DNA of 44,253 nucleotides from Bacteroidales bacterium (GCA_021740425.1 JAIOZV010000001.1:1-44253); one strand, 5' to 3'; shown: positions 16,613-25,161, numbered from the stretch's first letter. The notes: generated by a model not told the origin, from the letters alone. Translations and numbers: made by a program.

Positions 16613-18591
16613 ACAGTGTAATCAACTATTTTCTAGTCAAAGAAGAACAACTAATTTTACTTGAAATTCAGCGGAATTTACTGTCAGGTAGAGATGAAAT
16701 GAAACCTGTTTCGTTAGAAGATATTCATTCGATAAATGCTAATTTGCTTTTGACTGATGAAACGAATATTGCTTTTAAAGTTCATAAACAACTTATCAAT
16801 TCGTTAAATAGTTTTTATGTAACTACAAAATTTCCATATCAAACAAACGAATTAAAATCCGTTTTTCCATTTGAGGAAATCGAAATTATTGAGGATTTTA
16901 CACAAAAACACATTTCGGTAATTCCTACTATCGTTGAAGAATTGCACATAGCTTTTTTGAACTCCGAATTTTCAATAAACAACGGCAAACTGACAAGAAA
17001 AAAATCAAAACATCATTTAAGAGAAAGCGGTGCAGTTTATACGCTGAAAGAAATTACAAACGAAATGGTTGAAAACACCATTGACAAAGCTATTCAACAA
17101 AATGCAAAACCAAAAGAAATTACTTGTCTTGATTTTGCAAGCGGAACAGGTCGTTTTTATTTTGAAGCAATTAAAGTTTTAAAAGAAAAATATAACTTGA
17201 CTTTGCAACAGATTGTTTACAACAATCTGTTCGCTATTGACATTGACGAAACTGCTTTATCTGTTTTGCGTTGCAAAGTAATTTCTTTGCTTGATGAAAT
17301 TAATGTTGAAATTATTAGTGCTCTTTCAAGCAACATTATCAACCGAAATGCACTTATACCAAAAGCAACATTGCTTTCAGAAGATGAAAATAGTATTGAC
17401 CTTTCCAACGACTTTAAAAGCGTTTTTGCAAAAGGTGGTTTTGACGTTGTGTTTTCAAATCCTCCATACTATCTACTTAAAGTAAACAAGAAAGCAGACG
17501 AACAACAAAAATTAAATGGTTATTATGTGAACTTACAAAGCAAAGTTCAGAATGAAATCAACTTTTTTAGGACATCGGGAGTTTATCAGTATTCTATTGA
17601 AGGAATGTTGAATTACTATCAACTTTCCATCGAAATGATTTTGCGTTTAACTAAAGCAAACGGACAAATCGGGATAATTTGTCCTTCGTCTTTGTTTGCC
17701 GATTTGACTTCTGCAAAACTTCGAAAGCACATATTGACTTCAGACAAATTACATTTCATTCGCTATTATCCCGAATCAGCACGATTGTTTGAAAATGTTT
17801 CGCAATCAACAGTGATTTTCTATTTGCAGAAAAACGGAAAAACGGAAAAAATCGGAATTGAAATGTTGGATAATTCTTTTGAAATTGATTTTGAAACAAT
17901 CAAAAATGTTTTTCCGAGCAACTTTGAAATTCCTTTGATTGATAAAACAGGTTGGAGCATACTTTCAAAAATTTCAAAACAGAAAAAGGTCAAAGAAATT
18001 CCTTTTATCCGCAATCGCAGAGGTGAGTTAGATTTAACCTTATACAAACCGTATATCACGACAAAAAATACAGGTTGGCGATTAGTTCGTGGTAATATGA
18101 TTAGTGAAAATGGAGTTATTGACAAGAACCGAGAGTTTGTTGAAATTGAGAATTTTCTTAACAAGAAGTCAGACGACTTTAAAACAAACGATTATAACAA
18201 GGAGCGTTTAATTTGTCAGCAAATTTCAAATGTAGATATGCATAAACGCTTGAAATTTGTATTTTGCGAAAATACGGACATTCTCGGAAACTCCTGCAAT
18301 TACATTGTTTCCACGCGCAAAGAAGAAGATTTGAAAAAGCTGTTTTTTATCCTTAACAGTGAATTATTGAATTGGCGTTTCAAAATAACGAGCAGTAACA
18401 ATCACATCAATAATTATGAATTAGATGAATTGCCAATTGTTGATTTGGATAATTTTGAATTAAGCGATTTTTCAAGCAATGAAACAATCTGTAAATTATA
18501 TGGCTTGTCAGAAGAGGAAACCAATTACATTTTAGGAAATAAGAAAAAGAAAGCAGAAACAGTATTTGAATATGAGCACGAAACTATATAA
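16609..18591 (+). CDS. N6-adenine DNA methyltransferase, gamma class (Eco57I/TaqI-like), probable type IIS modification subunit A
   Basis: Motif X GAVYTLKEITNEMV, motif I CLDFASGTGRFYF (about 17121-17157), motif IV FSNPPYY (NPPY at 17458-17469), then a ~370-aa C-terminal specificity region. No nuclease motif was recognised. Confidence 0.85.
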   Translation: MNSVINYFLVKEEQLILLEIQRNLLSGRDEMKPVSLEDIHSINANLLLTDETNIAFKVHKQLINSLNSFYVTTKFPYQTNELKSVFPFEEIEIIEDFTQKHISVIPTIVEELHIAFLNSEFSINNGKLTRKKSKHHLRESGAVYTLKEITNEMVENTIDKAIQQNAKPKEITCLDFASGTGRFYFEAIKVLKEKYNLTLQQIVYNNLFAIDIDETALSVLRCKVISLLDEINVEIISALSSNIINRNALIPKATLLSEDENSIDLSNDFKSVFAKGGFDVVFSNPPYYLLKVNKKADEQQKLNGYYVNLQSKVQNEINFFRTSGVYQYSIEGMLNYYQLSIEMILRLTKANGQIGIICPSSLFADLTSAKLRKHILTSDKLHFIRYYPESARLFENVSQSTVIFYLQKNGKTEKIGIEMLDNSFEIDFETIKNVFPSNFEIPLIDKTGWSILSKISKQKKVKEIPFIRNRRGELDLTLYKPYITTKNTGWRLVRGNMISENGVIDKNREFVEIENFLNKKSDDFKTNDYNKERLICQQISNVDMHKRLKFVFCENTDILGNSCNYIVSTRKEEDLKKLFFILNSELLNWRFKITSSNNHINNYELDELPIVDLDNFELSDFSSNETICKLYGLSEEETNYILGNKKKKAETVFEYEHETI

Positions 18592-19753
18592 TCATATTGC
18601 ACCGGGATTGAGCAAATTGGAGTGGGAAATGGTGCAACACATTCCAGAAGGCGGAAATTGGCAAAATATTCCCGATACAATTCCCTCTCAACGTTTAGAG
18701 CAAATCAGACGTTCAGGCGGAAGAACGACTTATTACGGCAGACTTGAATATAACAAACCAAGCTACACTATTACAACGTATTTTAATCGTTTGGGCAATG
18801 GTTGTAATTTACACCCGAAGCAAAACCGCATAATTTCCACACGAGAAGGAGCAAGATTGCAATCTTTCAGAGATAGTTTTGTTTTTTATGGAAGTAAAAC
18901 ATCGCAATACAAACAAATCGGAAATGCTGTTCCGCCTTTATTGACAAGAGCTATTGCAGAAACATTGAAACCGCATTTGAAAAATCTAACTTTCCTTGAT
19001 TTGTTTGCAGGTGCAGGTGGTATGTCAGAAGGGTTTATTTCCGAAGGGTTTAAACTGATAGCTGCTAACGAAATTGAAAAAAACTATTTTGAAACGTACA
19101 AACAAAATCATTTAGAGTTTGATAATGGAGATAATTTAATTTTAGGAGATATTACTTTACCTGAAATAAAACAACAAATTGTTTCTGTTGCTTCCAAGCA
19201 AAAGAAAATCGGGGTTGTAATAGGAGGTCCACCTTGCCAAGGATTTTCAAATGCAGGTTGGCGAAATCCTAATGATAAACGCAATCAATTATTTAAAGAA
19301 TTTGTTCATATTGTTGATGAATTACAACCCGAAATATTTGTAATGGAAAACGTTCCTGGGATTCTAACTATGCGAAAAGGCGAAGCCATTAAAGAAATTA
19401 TTTCATCGTTTGAAGCAGTCGGCTACAATGTAAATGCTCCATTCAAATTAAATGCAGAAGATTTTGGCGTTCCACAAAAACGCAGAAGAGTTGTAATTGT
19501 CGGAACTCTGAAAAAAGAGAAAATCGATCAGCCGAAAAGCTTATTTTCATCAACCAATGAAAATTTAGCCAACCCGATAACCGTAAAACAAGCAATCGGA
19601 AGTTTACCCGAGTTAAAAACAGGTGAAGGCGAATTTGAAATGATTTGTAATTACAGACCTGTTTCGGCTTATGAAAAACTAATGTCAAGCGAAATTGATT
19701 TTACTGAATTTTATGAAAGTTGTTTGGAGAAATTACCAGTTGCTTTCGGCTAA
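18572..19753 (+). CDS. DNA cytosine-5 methyltransferase with circularly permuted motif order (TRD part-IX-X-I-IV-VI-VIII)
   Basis: The N-terminal part carries PEGGNW..YGRLEYNKPSYTITT, REGARLQSFRDSF (IX) and QIGNAVPPLL (X). These are followed by FLDLFAGAGGMSEGF (I), GGPPCQGFSNAG (IV), ENVPGIL (VI) and QKRRRVVIVG (VIII). ATG at 18572 (a TTG lies at 18566). The gene overlaps the upstream MTase gene. Confidence 0.88.
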   Translation: MSTKLYNHIAPGLSKLEWEMVQHIPEGGNWQNIPDTIPSQRLEQIRRSGGRTTYYGRLEYNKPSYTITTYFNRLGNGCNLHPKQNRIISTREGARLQSFRDSFVFYGSKTSQYKQIGNAVPPLLTRAIAETLKPHLKNLTFLDLFAGAGGMSEGFISEGFKLIAANEIEKNYFETYKQNHLEFDNGDNLILGDITLPEIKQQIVSVASKQKKIGVVIGGPPCQGFSNAGWRNPNDKRNQLFKEFVHIVDELQPEIFVMENVPGILTMRKGEAIKEIISSFEAVGYNVNAPFKLNAEDFGVPQKRRRVVIVGTLKKEKIDQPKSLFSSTNENLANPITVKQAIGSLPELKTGEGEFEMICNYRPVSAYEKLMSSEIDFTEFYESCLEKLPVAFG

Positions 19754-21148
19754 ATCAGCCAATTTTTGAAACACAAATTCAAGTTGGTTTTTTGCATCTT
19801 CGTTTTTCCTTGATTTCAGTAATTCAAACATTTTTTCAAGAGCTGTATCTACTTCTTTGTGGTTCCAAATTTTGTTTTTGCGGTTTTCTTTCTCTTTGTA
19901 TTCCTTTAATACATCAAACGAAATTCTATAATAACGTTTGATATTGTTTTGTTGATTTTTACCAGTTTTCTTGATTTGTTGAACCGATTTGTAAGTTCCT
20001 GTTGTCGGGTCAAAACCTTCAAATTTATAATCAAAGAAAGAATATTCGGGATTTAAAAACTGTTCCAAAAATTCGCCAAATCCTTTTTCTTCAATCATTG
20101 AAAAAATGATAAGAACGTGGTGTAAATTTTTCCGCATTAAGTCGCTCAATTTTACGGCTTCGATGACATTTGAAACTTTGTTTTTCAGTTTGTCCCAAAT
20201 AAATTTGGAGTGCCACGAAACAACTTGTTCGGTTTTTTCATCAGTCAGTAAAAGCTTAACATCACTCAAACTCATTCGGTTATTCTTCGCAGAATTTTCC
20301 GCTTTTGTAAGTGGGTGGAATTTTGGACGATGACAAAAAGCAAGTGAAATTGGTCCGATATGGTCGGCACTCAAATTCTGTTTACGAAACAACGACATTA
20401 AACGGTCTGCCATTTTCCAATCTCCGTCTGCCCAATTTTCGTAAACTCTTCGGTCTTGTCCGTATCGTTGCAAATTAGATTTGTGGCGACCTTTGTCGCT
20501 TTCGTGTCGGCAACAAGCACCATCAGAATGAAAACCGTCAAACCTATCAGGTGAATTACTCATTACTCCCGGAGAAAGCAAACCTTTTGCGTAGCAATCA
20601 ACAAAATATTTTTGCAAATACTCATTGAGATTTTGCATTGTAATTTTTTCGGACGTTCTTATTCTGAAAATACGTTTTACTTTTTCAATATCGTTCTCAG
20701 ACTTCACAAGTTCATTCATGATTTGAAAAATATCTTTTGAAAACGGAACAATCCTAACTCCAAATTCTTTTAAGAATGCGGTAACTGTTCTTTTGTTTGG
20801 ATAAATGTATTCAACACTCAATTCTTTACCACAAATCTGACAAGTATGTTTCTTTGTCGGGTGTATTTTCGCTGCAATTTTTGCGTAAGCCCCAGCTTCT
20901 ATTTTTATTCCGTACTTTTTACATTGTTCGTCCCACCATTTTCTACGTTCCTGACCTTTATCGGACTTTCCAGTAACAACCCATTTTATTTTTCCGTCAT
21001 TACCTCGTTCATAAAACAATCCTTTATAATTGGGGTGTGCAACAATAAACTCCGTGTATTTGATAAAATTGAAGTTCCATTGCCGCTTATTATCAGCAGC
21101 TTCTTTTAATTCTTTCATTTTAAGATTATTCATTTTCAATTTACTCAT
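19733..21148 (-). CDS. Type II(S) restriction endonuclease with HNH-like active site; likely Alw26I/Eco31I/Esp3I-family
   Basis: 471 aa, convergent to the MTases. HNH-like segment LSADHIGPISLAFCH..LTKAENSAKNNR (aa 259-291, about 20279-20368). Cys clusters CQICGK and ACCRH. Its start overlaps the stop of the upstream C-protein gene. The family assignment rests on gene context plus memory, not on a search. Confidence 0.6.
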   Translation of the reverse strand: MSKLKMNNLKMKELKEAADNKRQWNFNFIKYTEFIVAHPNYKGLFYERGNDGKIKWVVTGKSDKGQERRKWWDEQCKKYGIKIEAGAYAKIAAKIHPTKKHTCQICGKELSVEYIYPNKRTVTAFLKEFGVRIVPFSKDIFQIMNELVKSENDIEKVKRIFRIRTSEKITMQNLNEYLQKYFVDCYAKGLLSPGVMSNSPDRFDGFHSDGACCRHESDKGRHKSNLQRYGQDRRVYENWADGDWKMADRLMSLFRKQNLSADHIGPISLAFCHRPKFHPLTKAENSAKNNRMSLSDVKLLLTDEKTEQVVSWHSKFIWDKLKNKVSNVIEAVKLSDLMRKNLHHVLIIFSMIEEKGFGEFLEQFLNPEYSFFDYKFEGFDPTTGTYKSVQQIKKTGKNQQNNIKRYYRISFDVLKEYKEKENRKNKIWNHKEVDTALEKMFELLKSRKNEDAKNQLEFVFQKLADLAESNW

Positions 21149-21347
21149 TAAACAGGACAGATATTTTGATTTTTAGTGCTTTTGCAATTTTCTCAATGAC
21201 AGTGATAGACACATTCCTTTCACCTTTCTCAATGCTTGGAATGTAAGTTCTGTCAAGATCGGCTTCATACGCAAGTTTTTCCTGCGACAAACCTTTTTCA
21301 AGACGTAGCTTTTTGACCTGTTTACCGAATTTTTTCTTTATATCCAT
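21141..21347 (-). CDS. Controller (C) protein, XRE-family HTH, upstream of and overlapping the endonuclease gene
   Basis: LRLEKGLSQEKLAYEADLDRTYIPSIEKGERNVSITVIEKIAKAL closely follows the R-M C-protein consensus. It has an 8-nt overlap with the endonuclease start. ATG at 21347 (a GTG lies at 21356). Confidence 0.85.
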   Translation of the reverse strand: MDIKKKFGKQVKKLRLEKGLSQEKLAYEADLDRTYIPSIEKGERNVSITVIEKIAKALKIKISVLFNE

Positions 21348-21370
21348 AATCGGCACAAAGGTCTAAAAAT

Positions 21371-21401
21371 GTTGACGATTATACAACGGACAACAGTCAA
21401 C
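21371..21401. promoter_or_regulatory. Candidate C-box operator upstream of the C-protein gene
   Basis: GTTGAC (21371-76) and GTCAAC (21396-401) form an inverted repeat separated by 19 nt containing the direct repeat ACAACGG/ACAACAG. It lies 24-54 nt upstream of the ATG at 21347. Confidence 0.4.
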
Positions 21402-21427
21402 TAAAAGAAGCTACCCACAGATGTAAT

Positions 21428-21493
21428 CACATTTGCAATTCGCACAAGCCAACACACAGACCAAAAATTGAACAAGAGCTTCCACCTTTGCCA
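21428..21493 (+). repeat. Right flanking direct repeat of the R-M cassette
   Basis: CACATTTGCA..CGCACAAGCCAACACACAGACCAAAAATTGAACAAGAGCT..CTTTGCCA, in the same orientation as 16129-16200 (core 31/40 identical). Confidence 0.75.
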
Positions 21494-21811
21494 CCCGAAA
21501 GAAAAATTATTTTTTAAAATCTCTTCGCTATAAAAATTTTAAAACAGCTATTACTCAAGCCAGACAGGCAGAAGAAGTAACAAAAAATGACAAAAAAGCA
21601 CATAAAAACAACAACTTAACAATGACGGTGGTCAGAAGGCCAGCTTACAACATCACTTTTACACAAGCAGAGGTTTCACGCTTCGTCAGAGAGAAAAGTG
21701 CTTTATTTGAAGCTCATTTATTCGTAGGGAGTTCAGTGGTTAAAATCCTTGCCTATGTAAAATTGAGAACCCCAAATTATAGATTTCCGGCTTTCCGGTG
21801 TTGCTGGATTT

Positions 21812-23071
21812 CTAACGAAATCCAAAAATAAAGGGCATTACAAATACCATAAAAACAGTCCATAAGGCATAAACCGGCAAGTAAGTTGCGATGGTCATCT
21901 CAACTTTTTGAATGTCCTGATTTTTAAAATTCACCTTGAACAAATCGAGCATGATCAAAACCAGATTACCAAAAATCAGCAGGTTTGAACCAAGCACCGC
22001 AATCCTGTTTGGGGTAAACCCATATTCGCCCAGCCTGTATAGAATCGCCGAAAGCGCTACCACATCAATAATCAGAGTGATCACCGACAAGGCAAAAAGT
22101 ATGGCTAAATTAAAAGCCTGTTTTTTATAAAAGGAAGTTTCGGAAACTGAAAACACGATGATCCCCATAACGCCCAAAAGCATTAAATTGAAAACGATTA
22201 AAAAATCCCTGTCATCGTAAGGATTTTTGCCTGTAAGTACAATACTCACAAGATAAACAACCAGGGTAAGCAAAACAAGGGGGCTGAAAATACTTGCTAT
22301 GATCGGGGCTATTTTATTGGCCACAACAGGTAAAAAACGAATGATGAAAGTGGCTACAATAGGCACAGAAACCAATCCGCTAAAAATAACATAATCAAGG
22401 TAAAATTTTTCGATATCCAGATCTATTGCCGAAAACAGGCCAAATGTTACACCGGTGAGCACTCCTCCGGCAATTAAAATAACCGCCATCAGCACCGCTA
22501 AATCGCCATTGTATTTAATATAATCAATGCGTTTCAATTTGTCTTTTGTATTGAAATCGATAAAAATCAGCCCATATAAACACCAGAGCATCAAGGGAAG
22601 ATGAAGGTAAGCAAGATTTACCGACTGCCTGTCATCGCCCGCAGGCAACAGATTGATAAACACTGCTGAAACAACAAATACCAAAACAGCCATCAACAAG
22701 TGGCCTGGTTTAATGGATTGCCTGGCAAAAAAAGCATAAACCGACAATCCAAAAAGCACAATCAGTCCGGCATTTCTTTGATAAAACATATAATCCTCAG
22801 ACACAAAACTAAAAAAGCGTGGAATTTCGATCAGTAAAGCCGCAACCAAACATGAAACAATCAAAAACAGAACATCCCTCATTTTAATTTTTGCCGCATC
22901 CTGATTGGAGATGCCAAATTCCAACCTTGTCTTCCAGAAATCAGCGATACTAAAATCTGAAATTTCAGGATAAACATCAAAGAAGGCTTTTTCGAAAGTC
23001 TTTTTATCGGTAGCGTACATTTTTTCGAGTTGCTCAAAATTTTCGAGATTTTCTTTAATTCTGTTTTTCAT
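21812..23071 (-). CDS. Polytopic inner-membrane protein of unknown function (about 10-12 TM helices after an ~80-aa soluble N-terminus)
   Basis: Long hydrophobic helices throughout, and no catalytic motif recognised. ATG at 23071 (MKNRIK); a TTG opens the ORF at 23095. A hairpin GGATTTC-TAAC-GAAATCC (21806-21823) spans the stop codon. Confidence 0.7.
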   Translation of the reverse strand: MKNRIKENLENFEQLEKMYATDKKTFEKAFFDVYPEISDFSIADFWKTRLEFGISNQDAAKIKMRDVLFLIVSCLVAALLIEIPRFFSFVSEDYMFYQRNAGLIVLFGLSVYAFFARQSIKPGHLLMAVLVFVVSAVFINLLPAGDDRQSVNLAYLHLPLMLWCLYGLIFIDFNTKDKLKRIDYIKYNGDLAVLMAVILIAGGVLTGVTFGLFSAIDLDIEKFYLDYVIFSGLVSVPIVATFIIRFLPVVANKIAPIIASIFSPLVLLTLVVYLVSIVLTGKNPYDDRDFLIVFNLMLLGVMGIIVFSVSETSFYKKQAFNLAILFALSVITLIIDVVALSAILYRLGEYGFTPNRIAVLGSNLLIFGNLVLIMLDLFKVNFKNQDIQKVEMTIATYLPVYALWTVFMVFVMPFIFGFR

Positions 23072-23342
23072 AATACTTGCAATTTCATTTCTCAAATTAT
23101 CACAATTAATAATATTCCTAAATTATATCCCAATGTAGCAGTTTGTTGATTTGGAAATTTCAGGATTTTAAAACGTGTGTTCAGGTTTTAGATTATCAAA
23201 ATGAAAATTTTATGGAAAAACATTTTGCAAAATGGCAGATTAAAGCAGGATTAAAAGGAATTTTAATTCATAAATGCATGCCGGCACTTTTTTAACAATA
23301 CAGGCCACAGGAATTTTTAGAGAATTATTGGGGTCAAAATCC

Positions 23343-23350
23343 TATTTTTG
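23343..23350 (+). promoter_or_regulatory. Candidate -7 promoter box (TATTTTTG) for argS
   Basis: Exact TAnnTTTG match, 27 nt upstream of the ATG at 23377. Confidence 0.35.
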
Positions 23351-23376
23351 CGGCTGCTTGATAAAACGATAAAATT

Positions 23377-25161
23377 ATGATCGAAAACATATTGGCGGAA
23401 AAAACCATCGAGGCTGTCCGTGAACTTTACGGACAAATTTTAGAAAAAAAGGATGTCCCGGTGCAAAAAACCAGAAAAGATTTTGAAGGAGATTACACCA
23501 TTGTGGTTTTCCCCTTTCTGAGGTTTTCCAAAAAATCACCTGATGCAACTGCCGAACAAATCGGGCAATATCTCACAGCTAACCTTGATGAGGTTGATAC
23601 TTTTAATGTAATCAGGGGATTTCTGAATTTGGTGATTTCCGACAGGTACTGGCTTGATTTTTATCACCACGAAAAAGAAAATTCAAATTTCGGGATGCAT
23701 GAGAAAAACCATGAAAAGCCGGTTGTTGTTGAGTATTCATCGCCAAACACCAACAAGCCGCTTCATCTAGGCCATATCCGAAATATTTTGTTGGGATATT
23801 CGGTTTCGAAAATTCTGGCTGCCGCCGGAAAAAATGTAGTAAAGGTAAATCTTGTAAACGACCGTGGCATTCATATTTGCAAGTCGATGCTGGCATGGAA
23901 CAAATGGGGCAATGGCGAAACACCTGAATCTTCGGGCATGAAAGGCGACCACCTGGTTGGGAAATATTATGTGCTTTTCGACAGATTTTACAAAGCCGAA
24001 ATCAAAGAGCTGATAAAAAATGGCATGGAAGAAGAATTGGCCGAAAAGGAAGCCTCGCTGCTTATGGAAGCCCAGGAAATGTTGCGCCGCTGGGAGGAGC
24101 AAAATCCGGAAATCAAGGCCTTGTGGCAAATGATGAACGGATGGGTTTACGAAGGCTTCGACGAAACTTACAGGAATTTGGGTGTTGATTTTGACAAAAT
24201 ATATTACGAATCCGATACCTATCTTTTGGGGCGCGAAATTGTTTTCGAAGGCCTCGAAAAGGGCGTCTTTTATAAAAAGGAAAACGACGCTGTCTGGTGC
24301 GATCTTACTTCCGAAGGCCTCGACGAAAAATTACTGCTGCGGGCTGACGGCACTTCTGTTTACATGACCCAGGACCTTGGCACAGCACAACTACGCCACG
24401 ATGATTTTGAGCCTGAAAAACTTGTTTACGTGGTTGGCAACGAGCAAAACTACCATTTTGATGTACTTAAAAAAATCCTGAAAAAGCTTGGCCGCAATTG
24501 GGCCGATGGAATTATGCACCTTTCTTATGGCATGGTGGAACTGCCGCATGGCCGGATGAAATCGCGCGAAGGAACCGTGGTGGATGCCGATGACCTGATG
24601 GAAGAAATGTTTAGCACTGCCAGGAAAACTACGGAAGAATTAGGGAAAACCGATGATTTTTCGGATGAAGAAAAAAACGAGTTATTCAGGATGATCAGCC
24701 TCGGCGCACTCAAATATTTTATCCTGAAAGTTGACCCGAAAAAAACAATGCTTTTCAATCCTGAGGAATCCATCGATTTCAACGGAAACACCGGCCCCTT
24801 CGTGCAATACACGCATGCCCGCATCAGGTCACTCTTCCGCAAGGCCGGAGAAAAAGGTATTGTATTGGACAAAAACTTTATCCCTGAGGCACTGCATCCC
24901 AAAGAAAAAGAAATCATCAGGCTGGCTTATGATTTTCCACTCATCATCAAAGAAGCAGCCGAAAACTTCAGTCCGGCTCTCGTTGCCAATTATGTATTTG
25001 ACCTGTCAAAAGAATTTAATCAAATTTACCAAACGCTCCCCATATTAAAGGATACGGATGAACAAACCGTCTCCTTCAGATTGGGCATGGCCGCTATGGT
25101 GGGAAACATCCTGAAAACGGGAATGGATTTGCTTGGTGTGGAAGTGCCTGAGAGGATGTAG
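23377..25161 (+). CDS. argS: Arginine--tRNA ligase
   Basis: 594 aa. SSPNTNKPLHLGHIRN (HIGH region), GRMKSREGTVV (KMSK-like), and a C-terminal anticodon-binding DALR-type region. Confidence 0.93.
   Translation: MIENILAEKTIEAVRELYGQILEKKDVPVQKTRKDFEGDYTIVVFPFLRFSKKSPDATAEQIGQYLTANLDEVDTFNVIRGFLNLVISDRYWLDFYHHEKENSNFGMHEKNHEKPVVVEYSSPNTNKPLHLGHIRNILLGYSVSKILAAAGKNVVKVNLVNDRGIHICKSMLAWNKWGNGETPESSGMKGDHLVGKYYVLFDRFYKAEIKELIKNGMEEELAEKEASLLMEAQEMLRRWEEQNPEIKALWQMMNGWVYEGFDETYRNLGVDFDKIYYESDTYLLGREIVFEGLEKGVFYKKENDAVWCDLTSEGLDEKLLLRADGTSVYMTQDLGTAQLRHDDFEPEKLVYVVGNEQNYHFDVLKKILKKLGRNWADGIMHLSYGMVELPHGRMKSREGTVVDADDLMEEMFSTARKTTEELGKTDDFSDEEKNELFRMISLGALKYFILKVDPKKTMLFNPEESIDFNGNTGPFVQYTHARIRSLFRKAGEKGIVLDKNFIPEALHPKEKEIIRLAYDFPLIIKEAAENFSPALVANYVFDLSKEFNQIYQTLPILKDTDEQTVSFRLGMAAMVGNILKTGMDLLGVEVPERM

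Larger units (their letters stand above)
16129..21493. mobile_element. Putative horizontally acquired restriction-modification cassette bracketed by direct repeats (no integrase or transposase)
   Basis: Exactly five R-M genes lie between two ~65-72-bp imperfect direct repeats. The interior is visibly more AT-rich than the flanking genes (judged by eye, not computed). Confidence 0.5.

Noticed and set aside
16609-18591. Whether the 660-aa m6A methyltransferase is a type IIG (Eco57I/MmeI-like) R-M fusion or a BREX PglX-type protein
   Set aside because: It is much shorter than such enzymes. The ~170 residues before motif X/I show no PD-(D/E)xK or other nuclease pattern that I can see. A dedicated endonuclease gene is also present in the cassette, and no other BREX genes are nearby.
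21622-21831. 69-aa ORF and a tRNA-like stretch (GGGAGTTCAGTGGTTAAAATCCTTGCC) to the right of the R-M cassette
   Set aside because: I tried to fold it as a tRNA, or as the tRNA half expected at an island attachment site. The D-stem and anticodon stem do not pair (GTTC against TCCT, CCTTG against AAAAT). The ORF overlaps the end of the membrane-protein gene and has no supporting features.
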